DNA from: an uncultured Acidobacteriota bacterium
GTDB lineage: Bacteria > Acidobacteriota > Vicinamibacteria > Vicinamibacterales > UBA8438
Assembly: GCA_913043225.1 (NCBI GenBank)
Contig: CAJWLU010000010.1
Span: 32,001-96,000, forward strand
Reading direction: 5' to 3'
DNA: 64,000 nucleotides
The notes beneath the pieces were generated by a model, which saw nothing but the letters and a program-made list of their open reading frames with translations, ran no database searches and was not told the DNA's origin. The translations under genes and the position numbers were made by a program. Numbering within the stretch: position 1 is the first letter of the stretch; each line of letters starts with the position of its first letter. Shown here in pieces: positions 49,031-59,087 of the stretch.

Positions 49031-50377
49031 ATGAACGACCATGCGCTGCGGATCTACGACTCGATTCTCGGGTTGCGCTGTGACGCGGACAATCCGACGC
49101 CCCTCGTGCGGTTGAACCGCGTGGTGGGCTTCGAGCATACCCAGGTCTACGCGAAACTGGAGTGGTACAACCCGTTCGGTGCGGTCAAGGACCGGGTGGC
49201 GGACAACTTGCTCGAAGACGGCGAGGAGCGCCAGACCGTCGGGCCGGGCCAGAAGCTGGTCGAGCCGACCTCGGGCAATACCGGGATGGCCCTGGCGATG
49301 CTGGCCAACGCCAAGGGCTACTCGCTGACCACTCCCTTGTCGAGCGAGATTCCGCTGGAGAAGCGGACCATGCTCCGGTTCTTTGGCGCCGACGTCATGG
49401 AGCTGCAAGACACGCTGTGCCCTGCCCCTGGGGCGCCGGAGGGGGCGATCGCCAAGGCGATGGAGCTCGGTGACCGTTCCGACTTTCACATGCTCAATCA
49501 GTATGTGAACGAGGCGAATCCGGAGGCCCACTACAAGACCACGGGGCCAGAGATCTGGCGTCAGACCGAGGGGCGCGTGACGCACTTCGTGGCTGGATTG
49601 GGGACCTGCGGCACCATCACCGGCACCGGACGATATCTCAAAGAGCAGCGGGTGGACGTGCAGGTAATCGGCGTCCATCCTATGGACGGACACGACATTC
49701 CTGGTGTCCGGAGCTTGCGCCAGCTCGAGCAGACCCAGCTGTTCCGGCCCGATGAGTACGACGCGGTTGTCGAGGTGGACGACGAGACAGCATACAACCT
49801 GTGCCTCCGGCTCAACCGGGAAGAGAGCATCACCGCCGGGCCGAGTTGCTCGATGGCGCTGGCCGGTGCGCTGAAGCTGGTGCCAGACAAGCCAGGCAAC
49901 ATTGTGGTCGTCATTTTTCCGGACAACGCGTTCAAGTACGCCTCCTCCTTTGTCCGGCATTTACCAGGGATGGCGGCGCAGGGGGCGACCAACGGCGCGG
50001 GCAAGAACCTGCTGATGGAGCGGATGCGCGAGAACATCCGTGGTAATTCGGAGCTAACCGTCGGGGTGGACGCTGCGCACGAACAATGGACCGAGAGCAA
50101 GCCGTTCGTACTGGACGTCAGGCCGCGCGAGCAGTACGACGAGGCGCACATTCCTGGCGCTTACAACGTGCCGCTCGCTGACCTGGCCGGCGAGAGCGGG
50201 GTCGAGGCGATCCTGCCCCAGGATCTGGACGCGCCGATTTTCAGTGTCTGCCAGCGAGGGAATGCGTCCTTGTCGGGGCTGCTGTTCCTGAAGTCGCTCG
50301 GCTATCGCAACGTGCGGAGCATGGACGGCGGCACGTTGGCCTGGCGAGAGAAAGGATACGAGACCGACTCGGCGTGA
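49031..50377 (+). CDS. Cysteine synthase family enzyme fused to a C-terminal rhodanese domain
   Basis: KLEWYNPFGAVKDR, PTSGNTG, GLGTCGT; then LDVR...HIPGA...CQRGNAS...GGTLAW; start set at ATG 49031. Confidence 0.9.
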   Translation: MNDHALRIYDSILGLRCDADNPTPLVRLNRVVGFEHTQVYAKLEWYNPFGAVKDRVADNLLEDGEERQTVGPGQKLVEPTSGNTGMALAMLANAKGYSLTTPLSSEIPLEKRTMLRFFGADVMELQDTLCPAPGAPEGAIAKAMELGDRSDFHMLNQYVNEANPEAHYKTTGPEIWRQTEGRVTHFVAGLGTCGTITGTGRYLKEQRVDVQVIGVHPMDGHDIPGVRSLRQLEQTQLFRPDEYDAVVEVDDETAYNLCLRLNREESITAGPSCSMALAGALKLVPDKPGNIVVVIFPDNAFKYASSFVRHLPGMAAQGATNGAGKNLLMERMRENIRGNSELTVGVDAAHEQWTESKPFVLDVRPREQYDEAHIPGAYNVPLADLAGESGVEAILPQDLDAPIFSVCQRGNASLSGLLFLKSLGYRNVRSMDGGTLAWREKGYETDSA

Positions 50378-50378
50378 G

Positions 50379-50825
50379 ATGGTGCGGTCCGGACTGACCT
50401 TGCGGCCGGTGGCAGCGTCCGCGATCCGACACCACGGTCGCGAGACGTATCCCCACGAATGCTGTGGGGCCCTGATCGGCCTCGGCGGACTCGTCACGGC
50501 CGCCCTGGCGCTGCCCAACACAACCGACGATGGGCCGCGGCGGCGGTTCTTGGTGCGTCCGAACGACTATCAGGCGGCCGAGCGGCACGCGGCCGAGCTG
50601 GACGCCGGGTTGCTTGGCTTCTACCACTCGCACCCGGACGCACCGGCTCGGCCATCGCGCTATGACCTCGAGCATGCCTGGCCGGTGTTCTCGTACGTGA
50701 TCATCGGCGTGGACGGTGGCGACCCGGGCCAGATGACGTCATGGCGGCTCCGCAACGATCGGTCTGCGTTCGACCAAGAGCAGCTCATAGAGGCAGACCC
50801 GGATGATGAGGACGCCGGGGTATGA
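50379..50825 (+). CDS. JAMM/MPN+ metallopeptidase (Mec-like)
   Basis: PHECCG and YHSHPDAPARPSRYD. Confidence 0.92.
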   Translation: MVRSGLTLRPVAASAIRHHGRETYPHECCGALIGLGGLVTAALALPNTTDDGPRRRFLVRPNDYQAAERHAAELDAGLLGFYHSHPDAPARPSRYDLEHAWPVFSYVIIGVDGGDPGQMTSWRLRNDRSAFDQEQLIEADPDDEDAGV

Positions 50826-50847
50826 AGAACGAAGACGGACAAAGACG

Positions 50848-51132
50848 ATGGCAACCAAGATTCTGATTCCCACCCCGCTGCGCGGTTACACCGGCAACCA
50901 GGAGGAGGTGGAGGCGACCGGCAGCACGGTCGGCGAGCTCCTGGCCAACCTGGCTAGCGAGCACACTGAGCTGCGCAAGCACCTGTACGGCGAGGATGGG
51001 TCGCTCCGGAACTTCGTGAACATCTACGTGAACGACGACGATATCCGGTATCTCGAGAAGGAACAGACCCCAGTGACCGACGATGACACGGTCAGCATCA
51101 TCCCGTCGGTGGCGGGTGGGAGCGGACGGTGA
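50848..51132 (+). CDS. Ubiquitin-like sulfur carrier (MoaD/ThiS/CysO family) with C-terminal extension
   Basis: IPTPLR, FVNIYVNDDDIR, IIPSVAGG-SGR; start set at ATG 50848. Confidence 0.92.
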   Translation: MATKILIPTPLRGYTGNQEEVEATGSTVGELLANLASEHTELRKHLYGEDGSLRNFVNIYVNDDDIRYLEKEQTPVTDDDTVSIIPSVAGGSGR

Positions 51133-52283
51133 GCGTCGTACCCCTGACCAACGACGAGGTGGCCCGCTACAGCCGGCACCTCATCATGCCGCAAGTCGGT
51201 ATGGACGGGCAGCTGAAGCTCAAGGGCGCCAAGGTGCTCTGCGTCGGCGCCGGCGGGCTCGGTTCACCGGTGGCGCTCTATCTGGCCGCTGCGGGAGTGG
51301 GCACGCTGGGGATCGTCGACTTCGACGAGGTTGACTTCAGCAACCTTCACCGGCAGATTATCCATGGAACCCCGGACGTCGGTCGACCGAAGCTCGAGTC
51401 CGCACGCTCCCGCCTGCAGGCACTGAATCCGGAGGTGAACGTCGTGCCGCACGAGATGGCGCTCTCCTCCGAGAACGCGCTCCAGCTGTTTGCCGACTAC
51501 GACATGGTGGTCGACGGCACCGACAACTTCCCGACGCGCTATCTGGTCAACGACGCCTGCGTCCTGTCCGGTAAGCCCAATGTCTACGGCAGCATCTCCC
51601 AGTTCGAGGGTCAGGCATCGGTTTTTGGCGTGCCGGACGGTCCCTGCTACCGCTGCATGTTTCCCGAGCCGCCGCCGCCCGGGCTCGTTCCGAGCTGCGC
51701 CGAGGGTGGGGTGCTCGGCATCCTGCCTGGTGTCGTGGGCACGCTGCAGGCAACTGAGGCGATTAAGTTGATCTTGGGTGCCGGGGAGCCACTGGTCGGG
51801 CGCTTCCTGCTGTTCGATGCGCTTAAGATGCGGTTCCGCGAGCTGAAGGTCCGACGTGATTCCGACTGTCCGGTCTGTGGCGATGCGCCTACCGTTACAG
51901 AGCTGATCGACTACCAGCAGTTCTGCGGCATCGTGCCCACACCGCCTCCTGCTCCTGAAGCGGCCGATGGTGAGGTCACGGTGGCCGAGCTCAAGGAGCG
52001 GATCGATCGGGGCGACGACTTCCTGCTGCTCGACGTACGGGAGAACCGGGAGTTCGAGATTTGTCGAATTCCGGGCTCGCGCCTGATCCCGCTCGGGGAG
52101 CTGCCCACCCGTCTGGGTGAGCTCGAAGGTGCCGAGGATCTCGTCGTGCACTGCAAGTCCGGTGTGCGGAGCGGCAAGGCCGTGGCTCTGCTCCGCGAGG
52201 CGGGATACGCCGGTGCGCGGAATTTGGAGGGTGGGATCCTGGCCTGGATTGACCAGATTGATCCCCGTCTGCCTAAGTACTGA
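51129..52283 (+). CDS. moeB: MoeB/MoeZ adenylyltransferase with C-terminal rhodanese
   Basis: RYSRH, GAGGLG, SNLHRQ, CYRC, CPVC, HCKSGVRS. Confidence 0.93.
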   Translation: MSVVPLTNDEVARYSRHLIMPQVGMDGQLKLKGAKVLCVGAGGLGSPVALYLAAAGVGTLGIVDFDEVDFSNLHRQIIHGTPDVGRPKLESARSRLQALNPEVNVVPHEMALSSENALQLFADYDMVVDGTDNFPTRYLVNDACVLSGKPNVYGSISQFEGQASVFGVPDGPCYRCMFPEPPPPGLVPSCAEGGVLGILPGVVGTLQATEAIKLILGAGEPLVGRFLLFDALKMRFRELKVRRDSDCPVCGDAPTVTELIDYQQFCGIVPTPPPAPEAADGEVTVAELKERIDRGDDFLLLDVRENREFEICRIPGSRLIPLGELPTRLGELEGAEDLVVHCKSGVRSGKAVALLREAGYAGARNLEGGILAWIDQIDPRLPKY

Positions 52284-52328
52284 CGCGGCCGTGGGGGGGC
52301 GCGATACAATGGCGCCACCGGAGTAGCA

Positions 52329-52811
52329 ATGTTACGACTGTCCAAGAAAGCCGAGTACGCGTTGATGGCGCTCAAGGATCTGGCTTCACGGTCGGAGACC
52401 GAGGCTGCCAGCGCTCGCGAGATCGCCAGCCGCTACGGCATTCCCGTGGAGTTAATGGCCAAGGTGCTGCAGCGCCTGGCCCGCCGCAAGCTATTGGTGT
52501 CTCAACACGGCACCCGCGGCGGCTATTTGCTCGGTCGCCCCGCAGCCAAGATCGCGGTGGCCGACGTGATCGAAGCCATCGACGGACCGGTGATGGTAAC
52601 GGCGTGTACGACTTCCGACGACGACTGCGAACAGTACGCAACCTGCAACATCCGCGATCCGCTCTGGCGTATCAAGGATCAGATCGTCCGGGCGCTGACT
52701 TCATACAGCTTGAAGGAACTGGCCGCGGATGAACCGCCGCTGGTGCCGATTGCCATCTCGCCTCGCTCCGCCACCAGTCCAGCCTCCCGGATAGCCGCGT
52801 CGGGTCGTTGA
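52329..52811 (+). CDS. Rrf2-family Fe-S-sensing regulator
   Basis: HGTRGGYLL wing; three Cys in ACTTSDDDCEQYATC. Confidence 0.9.
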   Translation: MLRLSKKAEYALMALKDLASRSETEAASAREIASRYGIPVELMAKVLQRLARRKLLVSQHGTRGGYLLGRPAAKIAVADVIEAIDGPVMVTACTTSDDDCEQYATCNIRDPLWRIKDQIVRALTSYSLKELAADEPPLVPIAISPRSATSPASRIAASGR

Positions 52812-53995
52812 CCATCTACATGGACGGGCACGCCACGACGCGGGTCGATCCCCGTGTCATTGAGGCGATGGTCCCGTTCTTCGACGAGCACTTCGGTAAC
52901 GCGTCGAGCCGCCATCATCGGTTTGGCTGGACCGCGAGGGATGCGGTTGCTGCCGCCCGGGCAGACGTGGCCGCGCTCGTCGGCAGCTCGGCCCGCGAGT
53001 TGGTGTTCACGAGCGGCGCTACCGAGTCAAACAACCTCGCCATCAAGGGGGTTGCCGACGCCGAGCGTTCGGCGGGCAACCATGTCGTGACTGTGGAGAC
53101 CGAGCACCGGGCGGTCCTCGATCCGTGCGCGGCTCTCGAACGACAGGGACTACGGGTCACATATCTCCCGGTTCGGGACGACGGGCTCCTCGAGACGGAT
53201 ACGCTGGTCAGTGCTCTGACCCCAGAGACGATCCTGGTCTCGGTCATGGCGGCGAACAACGAGATTGGGGTCCTACACCCGGTGGGCGAGCTAGCCCGGG
53301 TGGCCCGGGCGGGGGGGGCACGGTTTCACACCGACGCGGCGCAGGCCGTGGGCCGGATCCACCTCGACGTTTCGGCTGATCCGATCGACTTGGTGTCCCT
53401 CACCGCCCACAAGCTTCATGGGCCGAAGGGCATCGGCGCGTTGTTCGTCCGAGATGGTCTGGAGCTGACCCCGCTGGTCGAAGGGGGCGGGCACGAGACC
53501 GGGCTCCGGTCCGGCACCCTGAACGTCCCTGCCATCGTCGGGTTCGGAAAGGCCGCGCGCATTGGCCTCGACGGCATGGCCGAGGAGTCGGCTCGACTGG
53601 CGGCGTTGCGGGATCGACTCGCTGACGGACTGCGGGGTGCGCTCGACGGCGTACACGTGAACGGTTCGATGGAGGCGCGACTTCCGCATAATCTGAACGT
53701 GTCCTTCGAAGGGGTCAGTGGAGAGCAGTTGCTCACCGGACTCACAGACGTCGCCGTGTCGTCGGGCGCGGCGTGTACGACGACGTCGGCAGGGTCGTCC
53801 CATGTGCTCCAGGCACTGGGCTTGTCGTCGACCTTGAGCAAGGCCTCACTCCGTTTCGGACTGGGCCGGTTCAACACCGCCGACGAGGTCGACCGCGTGG
53901 TCGAGCTGGTCCGCACCCTAGTCATTCGTCTCCGGGCGCCGATCGAGGTCTTTGATCTCGCCGACGAGCCGCTGCCGCCAGGTTGGTCCGATTGA
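52808..53995 (+). CDS. iscS: Group I cysteine desulfurase
   Basis: FTSGATE, TAHKLHGPKG, RSGT, SSGAAC, SLRFG. Confidence 0.9.
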   Translation: MTIYMDGHATTRVDPRVIEAMVPFFDEHFGNASSRHHRFGWTARDAVAAARADVAALVGSSARELVFTSGATESNNLAIKGVADAERSAGNHVVTVETEHRAVLDPCAALERQGLRVTYLPVRDDGLLETDTLVSALTPETILVSVMAANNEIGVLHPVGELARVARAGGARFHTDAAQAVGRIHLDVSADPIDLVSLTAHKLHGPKGIGALFVRDGLELTPLVEGGGHETGLRSGTLNVPAIVGFGKAARIGLDGMAEESARLAALRDRLADGLRGALDGVHVNGSMEARLPHNLNVSFEGVSGEQLLTGLTDVAVSSGAACTTTSAGSSHVLQALGLSSTLSKASLRFGLGRFNTADEVDRVVELVRTLVIRLRAPIEVFDLADEPLPPGWSD

Positions 53996-54050
53996 GGTGG
54001 GGTGCCTGGCAGGTGCTGGCCCGCGGTGCGATACACTGGACGTGGACATC

Positions 54051-54377
54051 ATGATTGAGATCACCGAAGCGGCAGCCAAACGGATTCAGAGCGGGATGGA
54101 TCAGGAGGGGATCGCTGACGGCGGTCTGCGCGTGGGCATCAAGGCTGGCGGTTGCAACGGTCTGAGCTACATCTTCAAGTGGGAGCAGGCTCCTGCGGAT
54201 GGGGATCAGGTGTTCGAAGGCCACGGCGGTACCCGCATCTTCGTTGATCCTAAGAGCTTCAAGTATCTCGACGGCACCGTCCTCGACTGCGACCCGAACA
54301 TGCTGGGACAGAACCTCGTGCTGCGAAATCCGAACGCGACGACCGAGTGTGGTTGCGGGCTCTCGTTCGGCGTGTAG
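54051..54377 (+). CDS. A-type Fe-S carrier (IscA/HesB family)
   Basis: GGCNGLSY and CGCGLSF; start set at ATG 54051. Confidence 0.93.
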   Translation: MIEITEAAAKRIQSGMDQEGIADGGLRVGIKAGGCNGLSYIFKWEQAPADGDQVFEGHGGTRIFVDPKSFKYLDGTVLDCDPNMLGQNLVLRNPNATTECGCGLSFGV

Positions 54378-54451
54378 AGCCGGATTTCGTCCAGGTTTTT
54401 CCTGGCGGCCGCGTGTCGATCGCCCGTGCGATCGGCGTACACCTGTGAGCG

Positions 54452-55927
54452 ATGTCGCGGTTTGAGGCTTCTCGTTACGGCGGGTCGACCCGGCCGCTCG
54501 CTGTGGTGTCGAACCGCGAGCCCTATCTGCATGCGTTCGACGACGAGCGCCGGGTTACCTGGTCGCCCACGACCGGTGGCGTCTCGGTCGCGCTCGATGC
54601 CCTCATGCGTGAGCGTGGCGGCGTGTGGATCGCGCACGGGGCGGGGGATGCCGACCGGGACATAGTCGACGAGGCCGACCGGGTACAGGTGCCACCCGAC
54701 GCCCCGACCTACACCCTCCGCCGCATCTGGCTGACCGAGACGGAAGAGCGCCACTACTACGAGGGGTTCGCGAACGAGGGCCTCTGGCCGCTTTGCCACG
54801 TGGCCCATGTAGAGCCGGTGTTTCGCTCGGCCGACTGGCGTGCATATCAGGAGATCAATCGCCGGTTCGCCGAAGCGGTGGCGGCTGAGCTTCCCGACTC
54901 CGGGACGCCGGTCTTCATACAGGACTACCACCTGACGCTTGTGGCTCGTTATCTGCGCGAGTCACATCCGGAGACGCCGATCGCGCTCTTCTGGCACATT
55001 CCGTTTCCACACCCAGACAAGTTCCGGAGTTGTCCCTATCGGCGCGACATTCTGGAAGGACTGGTAGCCACCGACCTGCTAGCCTTCCAGCTCGAACGGG
55101 ACCGCCGGAACTTTCTTGCCGCGTCTCGCGCTGAGCTCGGAGCTAAAGCGAGCCGCAGCCGCGTGCATCTGAACAATCGGACCACGAGCGTCTGCGCGGT
55201 CCCGATCGGCGTCGACTTCGATCGGATCCGAAGTGTGACCTGTGACCCCGGGCTTGACACCGAAATGACGCGCCTCCGTCGGGAGTTGCGCATCGAGACG
55301 CCGAAGGTGGGCATTGGTGTCGATCGGCTGGACTACACCAAGGGGATCCCGGAGCGGCTGAACGCGCTCGACTGCCTGTTCACGCGTTGGCCAAAGTTGT
55401 GCGACGAGCTCACCTTTGTTCAAATCGCCGTGCCTTCCCGTTCCAAGCTCGAGAGCTACGCCGCCGTGGCGGCCGACATCGACTGCCGGGTGGCCGAGTT
55501 GAACATCAAGCACGGACATAGACCGACCGATGGTCCTATTCGCTATCGAACGTCCGCGCTACGCGTCCGACGTCTCGTAGCGCTCTATCGGCTCGCTGAT
55601 TTCTGCCTGGTGAGCTCGCTGCACGACGGCATGAATCTGGTTGCCAAGGAGTTTGTGGCCGCTCGCGAAGACCTCGGCGGGGTGCTCGTGCTCAGCGAGC
55701 TGGCCGGCGCGGCGCAGGAGCTGCACGACGCCGTGATCATCAATCCCTACGATGTCGAGAGTTTCGCTGACGGGCTCGAGCTCGCGCTGGGGATGAGCGA
55801 GGGCGAGAAGCACCGTCGGATGCGAGCGTTGCGGCGTGTGGTGGCCGGGCGCGATGTGTTCCGGTGGGCCTCCGACATTCTCGAGGGGCTCGAGGCCCCG
55901 ACCTCCTGGCCGCCACGCCAGCGCTAG
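54452..55927 (+). CDS. otsA: Trehalose-6-phosphate synthase
   Basis: [34 protein letters not shown]. Confidence 0.93.
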   Translation: MSRFEASRYGGSTRPLAVVSNREPYLHAFDDERRVTWSPTTGGVSVALDALMRERGGVWIAHGAGDADRDIVDEADRVQVPPDAPTYTLRRIWLTETEERHYYEGFANEGLWPLCHVAHVEPVFRSADWRAYQEINRRFAEAVAAELPDSGTPVFIQDYHLTLVARYLRESHPETPIALFWHIPFPHPDKFRSCPYRRDILEGLVATDLLAFQLERDRRNFLAASRAELGAKASRSRVHLNNRTTSVCAVPIGVDFDRIRSVTCDPGLDTEMTRLRRELRIETPKVGIGVDRLDYTKGIPERLNALDCLFTRWPKLCDELTFVQIAVPSRSKLESYAAVAADIDCRVAELNIKHGHRPTDGPIRYRTSALRVRRLVALYRLADFCLVSSLHDGMNLVAKEFVAAREDLGGVLVLSELAGAAQELHDAVIINPYDVESFADGLELALGMSEGEKHRRMRALRRVVAGRDVFRWASDILEGLEAPTSWPPRQR

Positions 55928-56431
55928 CTAGACGTCGTCGTCTTCGGGCAGGGCGCGTATCTGGGGGGCCCGTTTGACGACAACGGTCAGACCAAAGAGC
56001 GCGATCACGGTCGACGCGCCCAGCCCGAGGTAGGCGCCTGGCGCCATCGAGGGTTCGGAGACGCTCCGTGCCTCATTGCCGGTGACGATCGCGCGCGCCT
56101 GCTCGGTGGCCCAGCTTTGCTGCGCGGCTGCGCGCTCCATCAGCCGCTCTCCGAGGAAGAGCACACCGAAGGCGAACAAGCCGACGAGCAGTAGTGGGTG
56201 CCGGGAGTTCTTCCGGGTCGCGATACTGAGCACGGCCAGCACCAGGGCCAGCATCGCCAGCCCCAGTACCCAGAAGCCGGCCAGGTCCGGTACCCCGCCG
56301 TACTGGTCTGAGCCGACCACGATCCAGGGCATGAAGGCGCTGCTGCCCAGGACCACGCCGCCAAGAATGGGGACGTAGTAGGCGCGCATCGGATGGCCGG
56401 CCACGTGCCGCAGTGGTCCTAACAGGGACAT
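55928..56431 (-). CDS. Hypothetical membrane protein
   Basis: About four TM helices; extended -10 element 7 nt before the ATG. Confidence 0.75.
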   Translation of the reverse strand: MSLLGPLRHVAGHPMRAYYVPILGGVVLGSSAFMPWIVVGSDQYGGVPDLAGFWVLGLAMLALVLAVLSIATRKNSRHPLLLVGLFAFGVLFLGERLMERAAAQQSWATEQARAIVTGNEARSVSEPSMAPGAYLGLGASTVIALFGLTVVVKRAPQIRALPEDDDV

Positions 56432-56456
56432 GTCGAGGAGTGTAGCACCAGCGATT

Positions 56457-56864
56457 CTAGCGGGCGCAGGGAGTTGAATCGTCTGGCTGGGGAGAGAGCG
56501 TGGTGCGGCCGGTCGCGAGCTGGGTCAAGCTCCGCAGATAGAGTCGGAAGACGCCTGGGTCCCGACCCGGGTGACCGCAGATCCGGACGCGTTCACCTTC
56601 GCTCAGGACGCCGGCGTTCCATCCCTGTCGTTCGAGCTGCAAGGCGGCGCGCCATTCGACGGCCCAGGTGTGCTCTTCACCGTCGATCTCTCGTACGCGA
56701 AGGTGCACCATCGAGTGCGGATCTCCGAAGAGGAACGACGAGACCTCGCCTTCGAGAATCAGCGTCTGTTCCTCGTCGTAGACCTCGCTCAGAGGGTGGT
56801 GCGCGTAGATCGCGGCCCCCAAGATGGTCCATCCGGCCACGAGTAGGGCGATCCAGCGCGTCAT
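56457..56864 (-). CDS. Secreted DUF6152-like protein
   Basis: Signal peptide ending IYA-HH, LEGEV...DPHS...WAVE...GERVRICGHP; start set at ATG 56864. Confidence 0.75.
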   Translation of the reverse strand: MTRWIALLVAGWTILGAAIYAHHPLSEVYDEEQTLILEGEVSSFLFGDPHSMVHLRVREIDGEEHTWAVEWRAALQLERQGWNAGVLSEGERVRICGHPGRDPGVFRLYLRSLTQLATGRTTLSPQPDDSTPCAR

Positions 56865-56892
56865 GACTGCTACCTCGACGGGTCTGCTCTCT

Positions 56893-56936
56893 ATGATATG
56901 TCGTCGTCGCAAGGGATCGCCTGAAGATTCCCTGAA
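56893..56936 (-). promoter_or_regulatory. OmpR-type direct repeat plus -10 element
   Basis: Minus strand TTCA-GGGAATC-TTCA-23 nt-TATCAT. Confidence 0.55.
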
Positions 56937-56964
56937 AAGGGACGGCGTTCGGTAAGCTGTCCAG

Positions 56965-57690
56965 ATGACCGCGGAGGAACAGCTCAGCGAAAACTTCAAA
57001 CGGGCGGTTCGGCTCCTGGTTGTCGAGGACGAGGAAAAGGTAGCGTCCGCGCTTCGCACGGGTCTCGAGCGGGATGGGTACGAGGTGGTGGTCGAGGGTA
57101 CCGGGGAGGATGCCTGCTTTCGACTCGGCAAGGAGGGGTTCGATGCCGTGGTGCTCGATCTCAATCTGCCCGGTTGGGATGGTCTCGAGGTACTGACGAC
57201 CATGCGGCAGCAGGGGCTCGACGTTCCGGTGTTGGTGCTCACAGCGCGTGACAGCCTCGATGACCGTGTCGTCGGGCTCGATGCCGGTGCCGACGACTAC
57301 CTGGTCAAGCCCTTTGCGTTCGCCGAGCTCCTGGCCCGAATCCGGTCGGTGGCCCGCCGGGGCCGTCCGGCAGAGCCGGAACAGATCACGGTCGAGACGC
57401 TCAGCATCGACCATGCGACCAGGCGGGTCGAGCGGGCGGGACACACCCTCGACCTGACCGCCAAGGAGTTTGATTTGCTGCATTACCTGGCGTTGCATGC
57501 CCGGCAGGTGGTGTCGCGCGACACACTTGCCCGTGAGGTGTGGCGAGAAACCGCTCGCAGCACCACCCTCGACAACGTGATCGACGTGCACATCTCCCGA
57601 CTTCGGAGGAAGATCGACGAAGGTCAGCCCGTGAAGCTCATCCAGACCGTGCGGGGCGTCGGCTTCGTTCTGCGTGAGGACGCCGACTGA
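56965..57690 (+). CDS. OmpR-family response regulator (CusR/CzcR-like)
   Basis: VEDE, DLNLP, LTARD, GADDYLVKPFAF, NVIDVHISRLR, TVRGVG. Confidence 0.94.
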   Translation: MTAEEQLSENFKRAVRLLVVEDEEKVASALRTGLERDGYEVVVEGTGEDACFRLGKEGFDAVVLDLNLPGWDGLEVLTTMRQQGLDVPVLVLTARDSLDDRVVGLDAGADDYLVKPFAFAELLARIRSVARRGRPAEPEQITVETLSIDHATRRVERAGHTLDLTAKEFDLLHYLALHARQVVSRDTLAREVWRETARSTTLDNVIDVHISRLRRKIDEGQPVKLIQTVRGVGFVLREDAD

Positions 57691-59087
57691 TGCGCAGCTG
57701 GTGGCCACACAGTTTGCGGGCGCAGCTCACCGCCTGGCAGGTGTGCGCGATGGTGGTAGTGCTTGGCCTGTATGTCGGGCTGGTGCTGTGGCTGGTTACC
57801 AGGAACCTGTCGGGAACGATCGATTCCCGCCTTCGCAGCGATTTCAGATGGGCCGCCGAGATGGCGCAGCAAGGGCCCGACGGATCCCTGTCTTGGTTCG
57901 AGGGTGATCCGTGGGGCACTGACAGTCCCTGGCTGCAGGTCTTTTCCGGCGACGGCGAGTTGATCTACCGCACGGCGATGGCGCAGCGGTTGCCGGTTTC
58001 CGACAGCGAGCAGCTGAGCCGCAGTGCGGTGGGACGTATCGTGGCGGTCCCCTCCGACCCGGCGCCATTCCGGCTCTTGACGGATCGAGCCACCGTGGGT
58101 GGTCGTCCGGTCGTGCTCCAAGTGGGGCGGTCGGAGGCGACCATGCGCCTCGAGGTGCGCGAGATGGCGCTGCTGCTCGGGCTGGGATTACCGCTGGCTG
58201 TCGCGCTGGCCGGCGGTGTCGGCTATGTGGTGGCGCGGCGCGCACTGGCTCCGGTGGCTCGGATGGGGGAGCGCGCTCGCGATATCACCGCATCACGTCT
58301 CGACGAGCGGTTGCCCATCGATACACCCAAGGACGAGCTTGGTCGCATGGCGGCGGTGTTCAACGACACGCTGGGGCGGCTCGAGTCTTCTTTTCTCCAG
58401 ATGCGCCGCTTTACCGGGAACGTCTCCCATGAGCTCCGGACCCCGTTGACAGCCATTCGCAGCGTAGGCGAGGTCGGCCTGCGAGGTCCCAGTGATGCGG
58501 CGGCATATCGCGAAGTGATCGAGAGCATGCTGGAGGAGACCGATCGGCTTACCCGACTGGTCAACCAGCTGCTCGCCGTGGCTCGCGCCGATGGTGGCGA
58601 CGTTACACCCGGAATGACCAAGGTGAACCTGGGGTCGCTCGCCGAGGACGTGGCCACTGATCTTGGCGTGCTCGCCGAAGAGAAAGGTCAGACACTCGAC
58701 GTGGACGTGAACGCGTCACCGCCGTGCCTTGCCGACCACATCACCACACGTCAGGCCGTGATCAACCTCGTCGACAACGCTATCCGCTACACCCCCGAAG
58801 GAGGCCGGATTCTTCTGCGAGTCTACGAGACGAGGTCCAACGTGTGCCTGGAGGTGACCGATACCGGTCCCGGGATCCCAGAGCGAGACCGGGCCCGGTT
58901 GTTCGAGCGTCTCTTCCGGAGCCGCGAGAACGCAGCCGACCCCGGTGGCAGCGGTCTGGGGCTGTCCATCGCCAAGTGGGCCGTCGAGGCGAACCACGGC
59001 GAACTCACCTACCAGCCCGTGGCGGCCGGCGGCAGCTGTTTCCGGATCCAGCTGCCCCGCCAGGACATCCTCAGCGGCTCAGGGTGA
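57690..59087 (+). CDS. HAMP-domain sensor histidine kinase (CusS-like)
   Basis: Two TM helices, HAMP, SHELRTPL, NLVDNA, DTGPG, GSGLGL. Confidence 0.94.
   Translation: MRSWWPHSLRAQLTAWQVCAMVVVLGLYVGLVLWLVTRNLSGTIDSRLRSDFRWAAEMAQQGPDGSLSWFEGDPWGTDSPWLQVFSGDGELIYRTAMAQRLPVSDSEQLSRSAVGRIVAVPSDPAPFRLLTDRATVGGRPVVLQVGRSEATMRLEVREMALLLGLGLPLAVALAGGVGYVVARRALAPVARMGERARDITASRLDERLPIDTPKDELGRMAAVFNDTLGRLESSFLQMRRFTGNVSHELRTPLTAIRSVGEVGLRGPSDAAAYREVIESMLEETDRLTRLVNQLLAVARADGGDVTPGMTKVNLGSLAEDVATDLGVLAEEKGQTLDVDVNASPPCLADHITTRQAVINLVDNAIRYTPEGGRILLRVYETRSNVCLEVTDTGPGIPERDRARLFERLFRSRENAADPGGSGLGLSIAKWAVEANHGELTYQPVAAGGSCFRIQLPRQDILSGSG

Noticed and set aside
50379..52283. Ubiquitin-like antiphage system (CBASS Cap2/Cap3, Bil or Bub)
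   Set aside because: No E2 or cyclase gene; rhodanese and cysteine synthase context points to sulfur transfer
53311..53318. G8 run in iscS as a phase-variation tract
   Set aside because: The frame is intact and nothing else suggests switching
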